Shown here piece after piece: positions 47,882 to 56,437 of a DNA stretch of 64,000 nt; positions within the stretch are counted from its first letter, which is position 1; each line of letters starts with the position of its first letter. The notes beneath the pieces are model-generated. The model was not told the DNA's origin. It was given only the letters and a program-made list of their open reading frames with translations, and did not search any database. Made by a program: the position numbers and the translations under genes. The stretch is from Candidatus Kaiserbacteria bacterium (GTDB lineage: Bacteria > Patescibacteriota > Minisyncoccia > Phycocordibacterales > UBA2100). The stretch spans positions 37,815 through 101,814 of the forward strand of contig JACRFI010000007.1 in assembly GCA_016217965.1 (NCBI GenBank), in the 5' to 3' direction.

Positions 47882-48664
47882 CTATTGTTTCAACCCTAGC
47901 CCTGTCCGGATGAAATACCAATTTATCGCTACAAGAATTACCACCATCACAAGTAGAATAAGCACGGACGTTGAAAGTGCGACGTCAGTGATGCCTAAAA
48001 ATCCGTAACGGAAGCCGTTGATGAGGTAGAAGAGAGGGTTCGCATAGGTGATTGCCTGCCACCAATCCGGAAGCGAATGCACGGAATAGAAAATTCCACC
48101 GAGGTAGACGAGCGGCGTAAGGAAAAAGGTTGGCACAATGTTGATGCCATCTATTGTTTTCGCGTAGATGCCATTCACAAGACCGGCGAGTGCGAATACG
48201 AGGGCAGTGAGGAAGGCGAAACCGAATATGACGAGTGCGCTGTGGATGGTGAGCGTAAGGCCGGTGAAAAAGAGCGATACGAGAAGCACGAGGAGACCGA
48301 CCAGCAAGCCGCGCACGATGCCGCCGCTTACGAACCCAGCGATAAGAAGCCAGGGGGGAGTTGGTGAGACCAAAATTTCATCGATGGAGCGCGCGAAGAA
48401 TTTCGACGTGAAGAACATGAATGACGTGTTTGCGTAAGAAGTTGTGACGACAGCCAGCATCACGAGCCCGGGAACGACGAATGTCATATAGTCCACACCC
48501 TGCATGTCGCCGATACGGGAGCCAAGCACCGTGCCAAACACGAGGAAGTACAGTGTCGAGGTGATAACGCTTGGGAGGAATGTCTGCACCCAAATCCTGA
48601 ACATCCGCACAATATCCTTGCGGATCATGGTGTAGAACGCTATCCATTTTTGGTAGGTGGTCAT
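47882..48664 (-). CDS. ABC-2 type transporter permease
   Basis: 6-TM ABC-2 pattern, 'MIRKDIVRMFRIWVQTFLPSVITSTLYFLVFG'; start set at MTTYQKW because the longer ORF crosses the MITE. Confidence 0.75.
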   Translation of the reverse strand: MTTYQKWIAFYTMIRKDIVRMFRIWVQTFLPSVITSTLYFLVFGTVLGSRIGDMQGVDYMTFVVPGLVMLAVVTTSYANTSFMFFTSKFFARSIDEILVSPTPPWLLIAGFVSGGIVRGLLVGLLVLLVSLFFTGLTLTIHSALVIFGFAFLTALVFALAGLVNGIYAKTIDGINIVPTFFLTPLVYLGGIFYSVHSLPDWWQAITYANPLFYLINGFRYGFLGITDVALSTSVLILLVMVVILVAINWYFIRTGLGLKQ

Positions 48665-48800
48665 ACCCGGTAGTGAATTTTGGCGATGCGCACAGCGCGG
48701 ATGCTGAGTGGACAGTGATTTGCGATGAGTTGTTTGATGTTCATATTGTGCTTGATAGGTTTTTAGAGAATCCTTCGCCAAAATCTACTACCGGGCATAT
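48665..48800. mobile_element. MITE-like element, family C copy 2 (long form, ~135 bp) with TIRs acccggtagtgaattttggcga / tcgccaaaatctactaccgggcat
   Basis: TIRs nearly identical to 24118..24187; internal sequence differs. Confidence 0.7.
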
Positions 48801-49564
48801 TATTTTTCCGACGTTAATCGGATAAAAACTTCTTCAAGTTTTCCGCCCTTGTAGCCACTTTTCGCTGCAGCTTCTTCGTCGTGCATCGCCAAGATATCGC
48901 TCATTGTGCCGTTAGCGACGATCTGCCCCTTACTGATGATAGCGACATGTTTTGCGAGCTGTTCAGCCTCTTCCAAATAATGCGTGGTGAGAAGAATTGT
49001 GAGACCTTCAGAAGTAAGTTTCCGCAAATAATCCCACATGCCGCGCCGTAATTCCACATCGACTCCAGCCGTTGGTTCGTCGAGAACGAGGAATCGAGGT
49101 TTGTGAACGAGCGCGCGGGCTATCATAAGACGGCGCTTCATGCCGCCTGAGAGCTCCATTGCTCGACCCATCATTTTCTCGCCTAGGCCAAGATCTTTGA
49201 GGAGTTGTTCGGCGCGAGGGCGGGCGATAGAGCGGGGGATGCCGTAGTAGCCGCCTTGGTTGGTCACGATGTCGAGCGGTTTTTCAAAAGGATTGAAATT
49301 CAGTTCTTGTCCCACGAGCCCTATTTGTGCTTTTGCTTGCTCGGGTTTTTTATCGATATCGTATCCGAAGACCTCTGCTGTGCCTGAGGTTTTGTTCACG
49401 AGCCCCGTGACGATGCCGATGATAGTGGTTTTTCCCGCGCCATTCGGCCCCAAGAGCGCGAAGAAATCGCCTGCAGGCACGGTAAGCGATACTCCCTTCA
49501 GGGCTTCCGTTCCGTTTTTGTAGACTTTCTTGAGGTCATTTACGACGAGTGCGTTTTCGGCCAT
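48800..49564 (-). CDS. ABC transporter ATP-binding protein
   Basis: Walker A 'GPNGAGKTT', signature 'LSGGMKRRL', Walker B 'LVLDEPT'. Confidence 0.9.
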   Translation of the reverse strand: MAENALVVNDLKKVYKNGTEALKGVSLTVPAGDFFALLGPNGAGKTTIIGIVTGLVNKTSGTAEVFGYDIDKKPEQAKAQIGLVGQELNFNPFEKPLDIVTNQGGYYGIPRSIARPRAEQLLKDLGLGEKMMGRAMELSGGMKRRLMIARALVHKPRFLVLDEPTAGVDVELRRGMWDYLRKLTSEGLTILLTTHYLEEAEQLAKHVAIISKGQIVANGTMSDILAMHDEEAAAKSGYKGGKLEEVFIRLTSEK

Positions 49565-49729
49565 GAGGGAGGATTATAGCAGAAACGATTCGACTCCGCT
49601 GCGATGAAGCTTCTCGCAGTACTAGATATCCACAGCGGGACCACATATCTGCTTCACGAAGAGGTAGTACCCTTAGCGCTAAGGGAAATCGGCGGGGGAG
49701 CCAGCGGAAATAATCGACGTACTCCACGT

Positions 49730-50635
49730 ATGGTAAGAAAAACGATCGCATCGATCGCGCTCATTTCAGTTACATTATTAGGCGCATCACCTTTTGCATT
49801 TGCAGATATAACGCGGGACACGGCGCTCCGAGTTCGTGCTGACATTAGGGCAGTCAGGGTGTCACCACCTGTGCCAGTTCCCGTACCGACTCCAACACCA
49901 GAACCAACGCCGGAACCAGAACCGACGCCAGTTCCTGAACCTACTCCGGAACCTGAACCTACTCCGGTGCCCGAGCCACAGCCCCAGGGCTCGATGGTCT
50001 CATTCAACTTTGATGATGGATGGGATTCGGCCTATGAGAGAGGATTGCCATTGTTCGATGCTGCAGACATCGATACAACGTATTACATGACGACAGATCA
50101 TCTCGAATATCCGGACTTCATTACTCCGCAACAGCTTCTTACTGTGAAATCCCAGGGACACGAGATCGGAAATCATTCGATGTCACACGCGGATTTGACG
50201 ACACTTTCGACTGCGGAGGCTCGTCAAGAAGTAGAAGGCGCAAAAGAGGTGCTTCTGAATCTGGGTATTGAAACGACGACATATGCGCACACATTCGGCG
50301 CGACTAATGCATCTATCAATCAGATAGTTGAGGAGGCCGGCTATGTCGGCGCTCGCGGCACCGACAATGGCCTCGTCGATAAGAATTCGAATAGATATCA
50401 ACTCGAAAGCTGGGATATCGGTGGCATGAATTTCGCGCAGGTGAAGCACATCATCGATACTGCGAGTGCGGAGAAGAAATGGGCTATCCTACTCATTCAC
50501 AAAGTCGATCAAGGAGGAGATCCGGAAAGCATTTCATCTAACACTCTCAAACAGGTGATTGCCTACGTGAAAGCGCAAGATGTAGAGGTTGTGACGAATG
50601 CTGAAGGTTTGGCGAAAATGCATCAGATCCAATAG
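49730..50635 (+). CDS. Secreted polysaccharide deacetylase (CE4/NodB) with Pro/Thr/Glu-rich linker
   Basis: Signal peptide 'MVRKTIASIALISVTLLGASPFAFA'; linker 'PTPEPTPEPEPTPVPEP' x2; 'SFNFDDGWDS', 'HEIGNHSMSH'. Confidence 0.75.
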   Translation: MVRKTIASIALISVTLLGASPFAFADITRDTALRVRADIRAVRVSPPVPVPVPTPTPEPTPEPEPTPVPEPTPEPEPTPVPEPQPQGSMVSFNFDDGWDSAYERGLPLFDAADIDTTYYMTTDHLEYPDFITPQQLLTVKSQGHEIGNHSMSHADLTTLSTAEARQEVEGAKEVLLNLGIETTTYAHTFGATNASINQIVEEAGYVGARGTDNGLVDKNSNRYQLESWDIGGMNFAQVKHIIDTASAEKKWAILLIHKVDQGGDPESISSNTLKQVIAYVKAQDVEVVTNAEGLAKMHQIQ

Positions 50636-50657
50636 GCGATACGTGCCGCGACTCTGC

Positions 50658-51383
50658 TCATTTCAGGACCTCTGAAAGATACTCATAGGTCGCGTTATAA
50701 TCGTTGACCGACCTTGTCGGGATGATGCCAATGACTGTTTCGTCATTGCCTCCCGGAAAAAGTGCGTCGCCCACATATATGCAATCGTCCGTGTTCCACC
50801 CTTCTCGGCCTATCAATTCTTTTACGTTAAATCCTTTGTTCTTTCCGCCTTCGAAGCAATCCAGTGTCGTGGTGCCTCCAGAGCGTATCTCTACTGAATG
50901 GTTCTCCCGTAGTTCGTTGACGCTGCCTTTGAAACGATCTAAGAGCGCCCTGCGTTTGGAGTGGTCTGGATCGAACGCCTCTTTTTTCTCTATGTCTTCG
51001 TTATGCCCGATAAGGCTGTAGCAGATGGAGCTGCCTCTGTCTTCAACAAGGTCATCTACGTCACGCACTTTGAGACGAAGGTCGCGCTTCATGTCTTCGA
51101 CAAGAGAGAGAACCGCGCCTTTTTGTTCTGGAGTTAATGTGTTCTCCCACAAGAGTTCTCCCTGCGGTGTCTCAGCGTGATTTCCATTCTGCGCGAGAAT
51201 GAAATATTTCCCGTCCAACGCTTCCCCAAGCTGCTTTTGAATTTGCTTTTTTTGTCCGCCAGTAACGACGATGACGTCCGCTTTTGTAGCGAGCCGCTCG
51301 AGGATCGCGGCGTGTTCTGCGGTGATTTTATTGCGGCTTCGCGTGAGTGTGTTATCTAGGTCGAAAAAGAAATGTTTTGGCAT
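50658..51383 (-). CDS. HAD-superfamily hydrolase, subfamily IIB
   Basis: 'FFFDLDNTLT' motif I, 'VVTGG' motif II region, 'YVGDALFPGGNDETV' motif IV; paralog of the C-domain of 16261..17661. Confidence 0.7.
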   Translation of the reverse strand: MPKHFFFDLDNTLTRSRNKITAEHAAILERLATKADVIVVTGGQKKQIQKQLGEALDGKYFILAQNGNHAETPQGELLWENTLTPEQKGAVLSLVEDMKRDLRLKVRDVDDLVEDRGSSICYSLIGHNEDIEKKEAFDPDHSKRRALLDRFKGSVNELRENHSVEIRSGGTTTLDCFEGGKNKGFNVKELIGREGWNTDDCIYVGDALFPGGNDETVIGIIPTRSVNDYNATYEYLSEVLK

Positions 51384-51687
51384 GGAATCGCAAGCATTGT
51401 ATCATCGGCATGTGATGAAAGCATTTCGGGCGATCGTGCACGGGAGGGTCCAAATGGTGATGTACCGCGACTTTGCGCAGCGCAATGCGCGATCGCGTGG
51501 CGTCGTTGGAACTGTGCGGAACCTTAAAGACGGTACGGTCGAGGTGATGGCAGAAGGGGGTGAAAGTATCTTGAACGAATACGTTGAGCGCTTGAAGAAA
51601 GGCTCGCTGTTATCTCGTGTCGAAAAAGTGAATGTCGAGTGGCGAGAACCAATGCGCGGATTTTCTGACTTCGAAATCCTCTACTGA
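51382..51687 (+). CDS. Acylphosphatase
   Basis: 'AIVHGRVQMVMYRDFA' and 'GVVGTVRNLKDGTVEVMAEG' acylphosphatase signatures. Confidence 0.7.
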   Translation: MESQALYHRHVMKAFRAIVHGRVQMVMYRDFAQRNARSRGVVGTVRNLKDGTVEVMAEGGESILNEYVERLKKGSLLSRVEKVNVEWREPMRGFSDFEILY

Positions 51688-52370
51688 CTTAGAGGTGACA
51701 CCTCTAAGTCTTTGTAGTAGGAAGTCGATTCTGTGAGGAGCTCACGAATTGGTGGCAGATTATCATTGATCAACGAGAACAGTTCGTTGTTAAGAATGTT
51801 TTTTTGAGTGCGGTCTTTTTCGGCGTATGCCGAGAAGCTGGAATAGGGATATTCGATCAGGTATTTTTGCAAGGCGCGAAGATCTTTCACCTTCCCTTGT
51901 TTCCAACTTGCCTCGAACAATTCAGCAGGATTCAGATGAATGTATTGTGCGACTTTGCGTAAATATGCGTCGTTATCGATGTGCTTGGACCGAAATGGCT
52001 TGACGAAAAGATTACCAACGCGAGCGTTTTTGATATTGAAATACATCGTATAGCCAGTGCCAACTTTGCGCATAAACTGTGTGATACCTCCTTCCGTAAT
52101 CTCCTGTAGAAGAATATGGAAGTGGTTCGGCATGAGACAGAATGCGCCCACTGCAACGATGGGTCGGATTCTTGGTAGTTGCAGTATTTCTGGCAGTGTA
52201 CGTCTCTCAAAAAGCGGCCGTTGGATAGGTTTTGAATCGTTCGCCAAATAGAGCAACTGTATAAATCGTTCATAGTCTGCCCTGGACTCAAATGTGGTTC
52301 GTTTTTCAACACCACGACTAAAGCAGTGATACCATTCGTCGACCGCAAAGGGTATTCGACGGTACGTCAT
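51681..52370 (-). mobile_element. REP-associated tyrosine transposase (RAYT; IS200/IS605 Y1 HuH transposase family)
   Basis: 'YHCFSRGVEKRTTF', HuH motif 'FCLMPNHFHILLQ', catalytic-Tyr region 'VAQYIHLNPAE'; flanked on both sides by the same 21-25-bp palindrome in opposite central-base orientation. Confidence 0.8.
51686..51710. repeat. REP palindrome gacttagaggtg-a-cacctctaagtc (downstream flank of RAYT; overlaps its last codons)
   Basis: 25-bp perfect palindrome; core identical to 52391..52411 and 28118..28138. Confidence 0.85.
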
Positions 52371-52388
52371 TCCAGCATTATAGAGCCA

Positions 52389-52413
52389 AACTTAGAGGTG
52401 TCACCTCTAAGTT
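52389..52413. repeat. REP palindrome aacttagaggtg-t-cacctctaagtt (upstream flank of RAYT)
   Basis: 25-bp perfect palindrome, central base complementary to the other flank. Confidence 0.85.
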
Positions 52414-52425
52414 GTGAAGGAGTTT

Positions 52426-53709
52426 CTATCGGGTTCGGTAGATGCGGTAGATGGCGCCGGCTCGGTCGTCTGAGACATACATTGTGCCGCCGGGCTGAAT
52501 AAGAATATCGACGGGCCGGCCGATGACAGTGCGACCGTCGCCTGCCTGCGCAGGCAGGATAAAACCAGCCATGAAATCGCTCACTTCACCGGTTGGTTTG
52601 CCGTGCGGATCGAGATCGAATCGCACTATCTTGTACCCCGTCGGCGTCGAGCGATTCCACGAACCGTGATACGCGACAAAAAGGTCATGCCAGTAATCCT
52701 CGGGCCATCCTTCTTCCGGTACGAATGCGAGTCCGAGCGGTGCTGAATGCGCGGGGATATCTATGTGCGAAGGAATCTCGAAAGGCTCCATGCAGGGATT
52801 TCGGAAGTACGTATTTTTATCGTATGCACTGTCGTGCACATTCTTTCCGTAGCAGATGGGCCAGCCGTAGTTTTTTCCCCTTTCTAGGATATTCACCTCG
52901 TCAGGCGGTGTATCGTCGCCGAGCAGATCGCGTCCCATCTCGGTGCCCCATATTTCTCCTGTCACGGGATGTATTGCCATAAAGACCATGTTGCGCAACC
53001 CGGTTGAAAAGTCGGTCGGGGTGCCGAATGCGCCCTCCTCGATATCAATTGCGAGCACTTTCGCACGCCGCGCATCTTTTTCCTCGCACACGTTGCATGA
53101 TGAGCCGACGGAAACCAGTAACGTCTTGCCGTCTGGGTGTAAAAGCAGTGTTCGTGTCGAATGTCCGCCGCTTTGTGGCAGGGAAACAATTGTACGCGGC
53201 GAGGAAACAGTAAACGTATCTGCGTCATAGGCATACGATCGGACAACGTCTTCTTCCGCGACATACAGCCGGCACGCATCCTGGCGCGCGCTTTCACTGC
53301 CTGTGCCTGCCCCGTTAGAGGCCGGAGGCTCTCTAATGGGGTCCGGGCAGTGGATAAGGATGCCATGGGGATTTCGCAATCCTTCTAAGATCGTGATTAC
53401 CTCGTCAGCTTTTCCGTTCGAATCGATGTCGGGGAGTGCGACAATTTTTCCTTTGGACATGAGTGAGGCAAGAAGCGTTCCTTTTGGGTCACGCGTGAGG
53501 GCGCGTGCGCCAGGCGTTTCTCTCGAGAAAACCGATACGGAAAATCCTTGCGGCACAGTGAACGGTAGGTCTTCGTCGCCCGCAGGCAGTTCCGGGGCAG
53601 GGGAGATAATGGGGAGCGCGCCGGACGCTTCTTGATAGATGCGAAGGGCAAACCAGACGGCGACAACTGCGAGGACGAGAGCCGCGAGAGCGATAAGCTT
53701 TTTCTTCAT
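52426..53709 (-). CDS. PQQ-dependent sugar dehydrogenase family beta-propeller protein (soluble glucose/sorbosone dehydrogenase-like), membrane-anchored
   Basis: N-terminal TM; 'LRNPHGIL', 'RNMVFMAIHPVTGEIWGTE', 'DEVNILERGKNYGWP', 'AHSAPLGLAF'. Confidence 0.65.
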   Translation of the reverse strand: MKKKLIALAALVLAVVAVWFALRIYQEASGALPIISPAPELPAGDEDLPFTVPQGFSVSVFSRETPGARALTRDPKGTLLASLMSKGKIVALPDIDSNGKADEVITILEGLRNPHGILIHCPDPIREPPASNGAGTGSESARQDACRLYVAEEDVVRSYAYDADTFTVSSPRTIVSLPQSGGHSTRTLLLHPDGKTLLVSVGSSCNVCEEKDARRAKVLAIDIEEGAFGTPTDFSTGLRNMVFMAIHPVTGEIWGTEMGRDLLGDDTPPDEVNILERGKNYGWPICYGKNVHDSAYDKNTYFRNPCMEPFEIPSHIDIPAHSAPLGLAFVPEEGWPEDYWHDLFVAYHGSWNRSTPTGYKIVRFDLDPHGKPTGEVSDFMAGFILPAQAGDGRTVIGRPVDILIQPGGTMYVSDDRAGAIYRIYRTR

Positions 53710-53713
53710 AGCG

Positions 53714-56317
53714 CTATCTCGTTGTTACCATACTGCGGAATATCCATTTGGTCGTCTCGACTATCGTGATGTTGAAGAATACCCACACGATGACTATCCA
53801 CAAGAGTGAGAGAGGCGGCGCGGCTTCGATGTGGAAGATCGGGCGAATCGCAGGTATCGCTACCGTCGCTAGCATGAGGCCAATGCCTATGATGACGCTC
53901 CAGTTCAGCTCTCGATTAGAGAAGATTGGGTACGTGAATAGCGGGCGGCGGAGGCTCCGGAAACAGTATGCGACGACAAGTACGTACGAGGCGAAACACA
54001 GGAAGAGAATGGTTCGCGCTTCTTCAAGAGGAATTTCGAACGCGAGCAAAATGTAGTAAAGAAAAAAGAGAAGAAGCGACGTGATAGCGCCGATTCCGAG
54101 CGTGAGGACCCGCACCTTCGTGTCGAAAATGGCGCCGGCGCCTCGCGAATGGGACGGTTGCTCACTGTAGAGATGCTCAAACGCGTAAGAAAGCGCAGGC
54201 AAAGAGCCGGTGATGAAATTTACCCAGATTATCTGCAGTGCAGAAAGGGGAAGCGGGAGCCCGACGAGAAGCGAACCGCCAATGAGCACGACTTCGTCGA
54301 AGCAGCTGGTCATCAGGTACACGAATGCTTTCCGCGTGTTCGCGAGAATGCGCCGTCCTTCCTCGATAGCCGCAACGATAGTTTTGAAGTTATCGTCGAG
54401 GAGGACGACGTCTGCGGCGCTTTTCGCAACATCTGTTCCACTTCCCAGTGCGATGCCGATATCTGCCGAGCGCAACACTGGTGCGTCATTAACCCCGTCG
54501 CCGGTCATTGCGACGATCTCCCCTTGTTCGCGAAGAATTTTTCCGATGCGCAGCTTATCCTCTGGCGTAACACGTGAGAATATTTTGATAGTCGGCAACG
54601 CTTTTTTCAGCTCTTCATCGGAAAGCGCGCGTAGCTCGGAGCCATCAAGTGCATGCCCTTCATGCACGTCCCATCCGAGGTCGCGGGCAATGGCGATTGC
54701 GGTGCCTTTTAAGTCTCCGGTCACCATGATTGCACGTGCGCCAAGCTCTTCCATCCGTTTCAGCGCACCTTTTGCTTCCGGGCGGATAGGGTCCCGAAAA
54801 ATAAGAATGCCTAGGAAATCCAGTTTCTGCGCGTCATCAGGCTCAGCGTTGTCCTTCGCGTGTCCGTGAAGCCGCGCGACCCCGAGAAGCCGCTTTCCTT
54901 CTCCACTTATTTTTTTTACGTGCGCTTCAATCGCAAGGAAATCATCTTTCGACATTGTCGAGCGCTGAAGCAAAATGTCCGGCGCGCCGATAACGAAATG
55001 CTCATTATGTTCATTGCGCACGATGGAAAATTTGTTCGTTGAATTGAATGCAAGAAGCGGCGGATGTTTTTCCTTCATGCGGGCAGCGACATCGAATTTT
55101 TCGGCGTGAGCAGCACGGGCAATGGAAACGTCGAGCGAGCGCCCGCCAAATAACATTTCCTTGCCTTTTGTTTCTATGGTTACGTCGATGCCGAGAAGCG
55201 CGGCTTCGAGTAGCGCGCGTTTCGCGGAACGAGACGTATCTTCTTTCTGTGCGCCCCCCGCAATTGCTTCTTCTTTTGTTTCAATGCCGACGAGACGCAT
55301 GTTCGCTTGCGTGAGCGTTCCCGTCTTGTCGGTGAGTATTACTGTTGCTGAGCCCAGCGTCTCTGCAGCAGCGAGATTGCGAATGACCCCCTTTCTCTCT
55401 GCGAGTCGCATGACTCCCACCGCAAGAATGACCGTAAGCGCGATGGGAAGCGCTTCGGGGACTGCGCCAACCGCAACAGCGGATGCCATAAGTAGCATTT
55501 CGAGGAACGGGACGCCTCGCGATATCCCGATGAAGAACATGACGGCAACGAGAGACGAAACCCCTATAAAGATGAGCCACGCGATATTGGAAAGTGCCTT
55601 CTGCAAGGGCGTCTCTTGATGCCCCGTGCTCTTCACGAGTTCCGCGATGCGCCCAATCTCTGTTCTGCCGTTCGTTTCTGAAACGACCGCGAGTCCCGTT
55701 CCGTCAACGACCATTGTTCCGGCGTATGCCATGTTTGTTCTGTCCGCCACCCCTGCCGCATCGGAAACAGTATCGGTGTTCTTTTGGACGGGGAGCGATT
55801 CGCCCGTGAGTATCGATTCGTCGATAAAAAGGTTCGAAGCAGAAATGATGCGCGCGTCTGCAGGAACGCGCGCGCCATAGGCGAGGCGCACCACGTCTCC
55901 AGGGACCAGGAATTCTGAATCAACTTCCGTCTCACTGCCTCCGCGTATGACGCGGGCGCGTTCTTTAATGTAGGTCGTGAGCTTTGCGAGAGTATTCTCT
56001 GCGCGATACTCTTGATAAAAGCCGAGTCCCGCATTCACAAAGACTGCGAGCAATACAACCGATGCATCGACCCACTCCTTCAGAAGCATCGTAATGCCGG
56101 CTGCCACAAGCAGGATAAAAATGAGAGGGGATGCGAATTGGCGCAGCAGTATTGCGAACGCATCAAGGCGTGTTCCTTTTGGAAGCGTGTTCGGGCCAAA
56201 ATGCGACATCCTTTTTTTCACTTCCGAATCCGAAAGTCCCTCGTGCCTTGCTTCGAGTGTCTTTAATGCTTCGTCAGAGGACAGAGCCCACGGGACATTT
56301 TTTTGCATCTTACCCAT
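53714..56317 (-). CDS. P-type cation-transporting ATPase (type IIA/IIB, Ca2+/Mg2+-like)
   Basis: 'ILTDKTGTLTQANM', 'MTGDGVNDAPVLRSADIGIALG', TGES region 'ILTGESLPV'. Confidence 0.92.
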   Translation of the reverse strand: MGKMQKNVPWALSSDEALKTLEARHEGLSDSEVKKRMSHFGPNTLPKGTRLDAFAILLRQFASPLIFILLVAAGITMLLKEWVDASVVLLAVFVNAGLGFYQEYRAENTLAKLTTYIKERARVIRGGSETEVDSEFLVPGDVVRLAYGARVPADARIISASNLFIDESILTGESLPVQKNTDTVSDAAGVADRTNMAYAGTMVVDGTGLAVVSETNGRTEIGRIAELVKSTGHQETPLQKALSNIAWLIFIGVSSLVAVMFFIGISRGVPFLEMLLMASAVAVGAVPEALPIALTVILAVGVMRLAERKGVIRNLAAAETLGSATVILTDKTGTLTQANMRLVGIETKEEAIAGGAQKEDTSRSAKRALLEAALLGIDVTIETKGKEMLFGGRSLDVSIARAAHAEKFDVAARMKEKHPPLLAFNSTNKFSIVRNEHNEHFVIGAPDILLQRSTMSKDDFLAIEAHVKKISGEGKRLLGVARLHGHAKDNAEPDDAQKLDFLGILIFRDPIRPEAKGALKRMEELGARAIMVTGDLKGTAIAIARDLGWDVHEGHALDGSELRALSDEELKKALPTIKIFSRVTPEDKLRIGKILREQGEIVAMTGDGVNDAPVLRSADIGIALGSGTDVAKSAADVVLLDDNFKTIVAAIEEGRRILANTRKAFVYLMTSCFDEVVLIGGSLLVGLPLPLSALQIIWVNFITGSLPALSYAFEHLYSEQPSHSRGAGAIFDTKVRVLTLGIGAITSLLLFFLYYILLAFEIPLEEARTILFLCFASYVLVVAYCFRSLRRPLFTYPIFSNRELNWSVIIGIGLMLATVAIPAIRPIFHIEAAPPLSLLWIVIVWVFFNITIVETTKWIFRSMVTTR

Positions 56318-56437
56318 TATATCCTCCTCTTTGGTTGTCCACAGATGTTCTTCATTCTATTGTCACGCTTACGATATACAATTGCCATATTAGTCCTCCC
56401 GCGTGAATCATGGGCGCGCGTTAGCATACGTTTCTCT

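Noticed and set aside
48665-48781. Long N-terminal extension of the ABC-2 permease ORF
   Set aside because: Extension is encoded by the family-C MITE copy; conserved permease begins at MTTYQKW
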